A stretch of DNA of 64,000 nucleotides, from contig OZ218956.1 of the NCBI GenBank assembly GCA_965112735.1, positions 992,001-1,056,000 of the forward strand, read 5' to 3'. Each line of letters opens with the position of its first letter. The stretch's first letter is position 1. Position numbers and translations under genes: made by a program. The notes under the pieces were generated by a model. It was not told the origin of the DNA and made no database searches. It worked only from the letters and a program-made list of their open reading frames with translations. Source of the stretch: Phaeosaccion multiseriatum (lineage: Eukaryota; Protista; Ochrophyta, other classes). Positions 61,576 through 64,000 of the stretch are shown one piece after another.

Positions 61576-64000
61576 ATGAATTTATCTTACCGTCTTTGGT
61601 ACCTCGGCTTGTGTTGGGCCACCTGCTGTCTGCGCTTCGCCGCCCCAATACCGCTCTGTGAGGAGGTGTCCTCCAAGGCTGGTGCGCTGCTGCATTCCTT
61701 GGAGGAGGATATCTCAACGAAGGAGGCTTGGGCATATGACGGCAGCATTCTCGACCACGCAGCGGGAGAGGCATGTTTGCAGGCCTTCCAGTGGGATTGC
61801 GCGCTCGTGGTTTTCGGCATGGAGCTCGAAAAATTGCTTGGCGAGTATGGGCTTTACCCTCCTGTCAACGGGGTGGGCGGGCAGAGAAAGACGCAAAAGG
61901 AGATCCTGGCATATTTTGCGGTACCAGCAGGAGGAGGGGGAGACGGGGACGGAAACTCCTCCTCCTCCTCAAATCTTTTCATAGAGGCTGCTGAACGCTT
62001 CTATAACTACGGCTTAGTTAGTCATCACGCGTTCGCAGGAATCGTGACGCTCGACCGTAGGCGGCTGCTCGAGCTATCTCGGAGATCCCTCAGCGTATGT
62101 CTGGATATCTTGGACCACATCGTGCTCGCCCCTGCTGGCGTAGCAGCAGTAGGAGGAGGCAAGGGTCCTGACCGGCCCTTCAGGTCCTCTGCGCCGGAGT
62201 CTGCAGTCACTCTTTATGAGGATTGCCGGAGCACTTTGGCGGATACTTACCTCCTCCTACGGGGCATGCCGTACACACTCCTCGCCAAGGAAGACGAAGT
62301 ACTCGAGGAGTATTACTACCAGCAAGCTCCGATTCCATACGGAGATGAGGGTTCATTAGCCACAGAAAGCGAGAATGCCTGCTTGCTGGAACGGGCCCTC
62401 CTTCACGCTCGCTTTCGGCGGCACGACGTTGCCATCCAGATGCTACTCCCCCACTGCGACGCCAATCCAGGTGGCTATGCCCCCCGGGAGTGTAGAGGTA
62501 CGCATGTACGCAGCAAAGAGGGAGAGGAGGCTAATGTGGGTGGGGGATGCTGTGAGGAAGATCGGAGTAGCAGGGAAGGGGGGCTCGAGCACGATGGGGA
62601 CATTGATGTTCGTCACCAGCTCGACCCCTACTTCGCCACGCCGAGCAAGAGGCAGCCAAAGCGGCAAGAGACGAAAGGTAGCGTCGGAGAGTGCTTCTGC
62701 AGGGCTATCGAGGTCATCCAGAAGCATGCTTCAGTAAGTGTGAGCCTTTCACATGTACACCGGCTCTTGGATGCGGTCATGCCCCTAGGCCAGGCGGGCT
62801 ACCACTTTTCTCCCACCCCTGTCGCTGCTGTCCATGGCGAATCTCTTGCTCACCAAGAGGGTTCGGGGCCAACAGCGAGGCGGGAGGCCTTGAGGGAAGC
62901 AGCGGAGCAAGGCGATGATTCCGTGCCAGCAACGGTGGGGATCTTCCTCCTGCTGGGCCAGGAGAGGATGGAGCTGGCCGCCGCTCACCCGCTGCTTTGC
63001 CGTTCGCTGCTTCATCTCTGGCGCTCACCTGAGCATCGAGCTACTGTGGCGAGGTGCCGCCTGCACGTAATTGGCTCGATCAGGTCAGTGATGTCAATGG
63101 GAGACAAGGACAGGTAGACGCTTTCGTGACTTTCCTCTCACCATCTTTCTCTATGGTTCCCTCGGGCCTGGCCTCAGCCCCGCTTACCCGCAGCAGGAGG
63201 AGAGCTTCCGCCGGGCACTGGGGGAGGCCGCCGACCACCTGTGGGGCGGTTACCACCTCGTAAGAGGGGCGGACTTGCCCCAATACGCTTGGGACGGAAA
63301 CTATCTGCGGTACGTGCGTGTGTTGGTTGGTCGTATCGTGCTTGCGGTGCCTGCAAAGTAAAGTGCTTGTGTCTCTTCCCATTCAGTGCGAGTCTGAGGT
63401 CCGCCCTTTCCCGTCAACTGAAGCCCTCTGATGTAGAATCATACGCTTTTTACTGACCACGTCGTCTTACCCGCTACACCTTCTCTTGTTCTCCTCACTC
63501 GTGCGCTGCAAGCCCTTCTTACCTCCCTCGTCCCTTCTCTCCTGGAACATCGTAGGAAAGTTTACTCCTTCTATTGGCTAAGCGCTTCTCTGGGGTACAC
63601 TCATGTCATGAGTGTCGACGACGACATAATCATCTCGCCGTACGCGCTCGCTTCCCTCGTGAGCAATGCGGACAAGCTAACTTACACCCCTCATCCCCCG
63701 GGCGGAGAGGAGTCGAAAGACAGGGCCCGCGAGGAGGAAGGACAGGCAGAGGCAGGAGAGATGATGGCGACGGCGGAAGCATCCAACTACCGCCACCGCT
63801 CGGCCAAGGGCACAGAAGGAGCAGAAGCGCGAGCATGTAGTATCCTCTCTCCCGCACTCTCTACGGGCATACCCTCCACGGAGATGTGGATCGACGCGCA
63901 CCTGCTGTCGGACAGTAGCGGGAGAGAGGATGCTGTCGATGCAGAGGCCATTCTGAAGTGTTTCGCGCAGTCGACGGTTCCCGAAGGAGACTTGCAGACA
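61576..64000 (+). CDS. Secreted/luminal protein with TPR-like helical N-terminus and a GT-A (DxD) glycosyltransferase-like domain; 3' end outside the window
   Basis: Signal MNLSYRLWYLGLCWATCCLRFAA. Exons 61576-63083 (or -63113), 63178-63309 and 63556->64000 splice to GNYLRKVYSFYW..GYTHVMSVDDDIIISPYALASLVSNADKL...CSILSPALSTGIPSTEMWID. The last exon is absent from the ORF track. Confidence 0.7.

Noticed and set aside
47924-64000. Intact endogenous giant virus or bacterial contamination
   Set aside because: No capsid, polymerase, packaging ATPase or integrase seen; genes have spliceosomal introns and host-like microsatellites.
1-64000. rRNA, tRNA or other structured ncRNA genes
   Set aside because: None recognised by eye; small ncRNAs cannot be excluded without Infernal/tRNAscan.

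Overview
This is eukaryotic, GC-rich, intron-rich nuclear DNA (GT..AG introns, many CAG/GGA/CA microsatellites). Several proteins carry signal peptide + ASAFAP-like bipartite leaders, which points to a photosynthetic stramenopile (ochrophyte) alga with a complex red plastid; this is inferred. I can assemble about 17 protein-coding genes by hand-splicing, almost all in head-to-head pairs. In order: a giant coiled-coil protein (5' truncated), D27 beta-carotene isomerase, a 20S proteasome alpha subunit with a signal-like leader, a FUN14-like protein, a p25alpha-like protein, an OTU-like protein with Cys->Ser at the catalytic site, a VTT/DedA membrane protein, a plant-type ligase-kinase-CPDase tRNA ligase with a BRCT-like insert, a TSNAXIP1-like protein, an IQ/coiled-coil protein and an FCP1/NIF-type HAD phosphatase. 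From about 47.9 kb to the window end is the most striking feature: a cluster of at least five signal-peptide-bearing, prokaryote/virus-like glycan-modifying genes. These are a YFHSKG-family GT-like protein, a kinase-methyltransferase fusion resembling a reversed WbdD, two paralogous GT-B enzymes (one fused to an NHL-like propeller) and a DxD GT-A enzyme. A dCMP-deaminase-like gene interrupts the cluster. No rRNA, tRNA, CRISPR array or intact transposon was recognised. Exon boundaries were read by eye and family calls come from motif recognition, not database searches.
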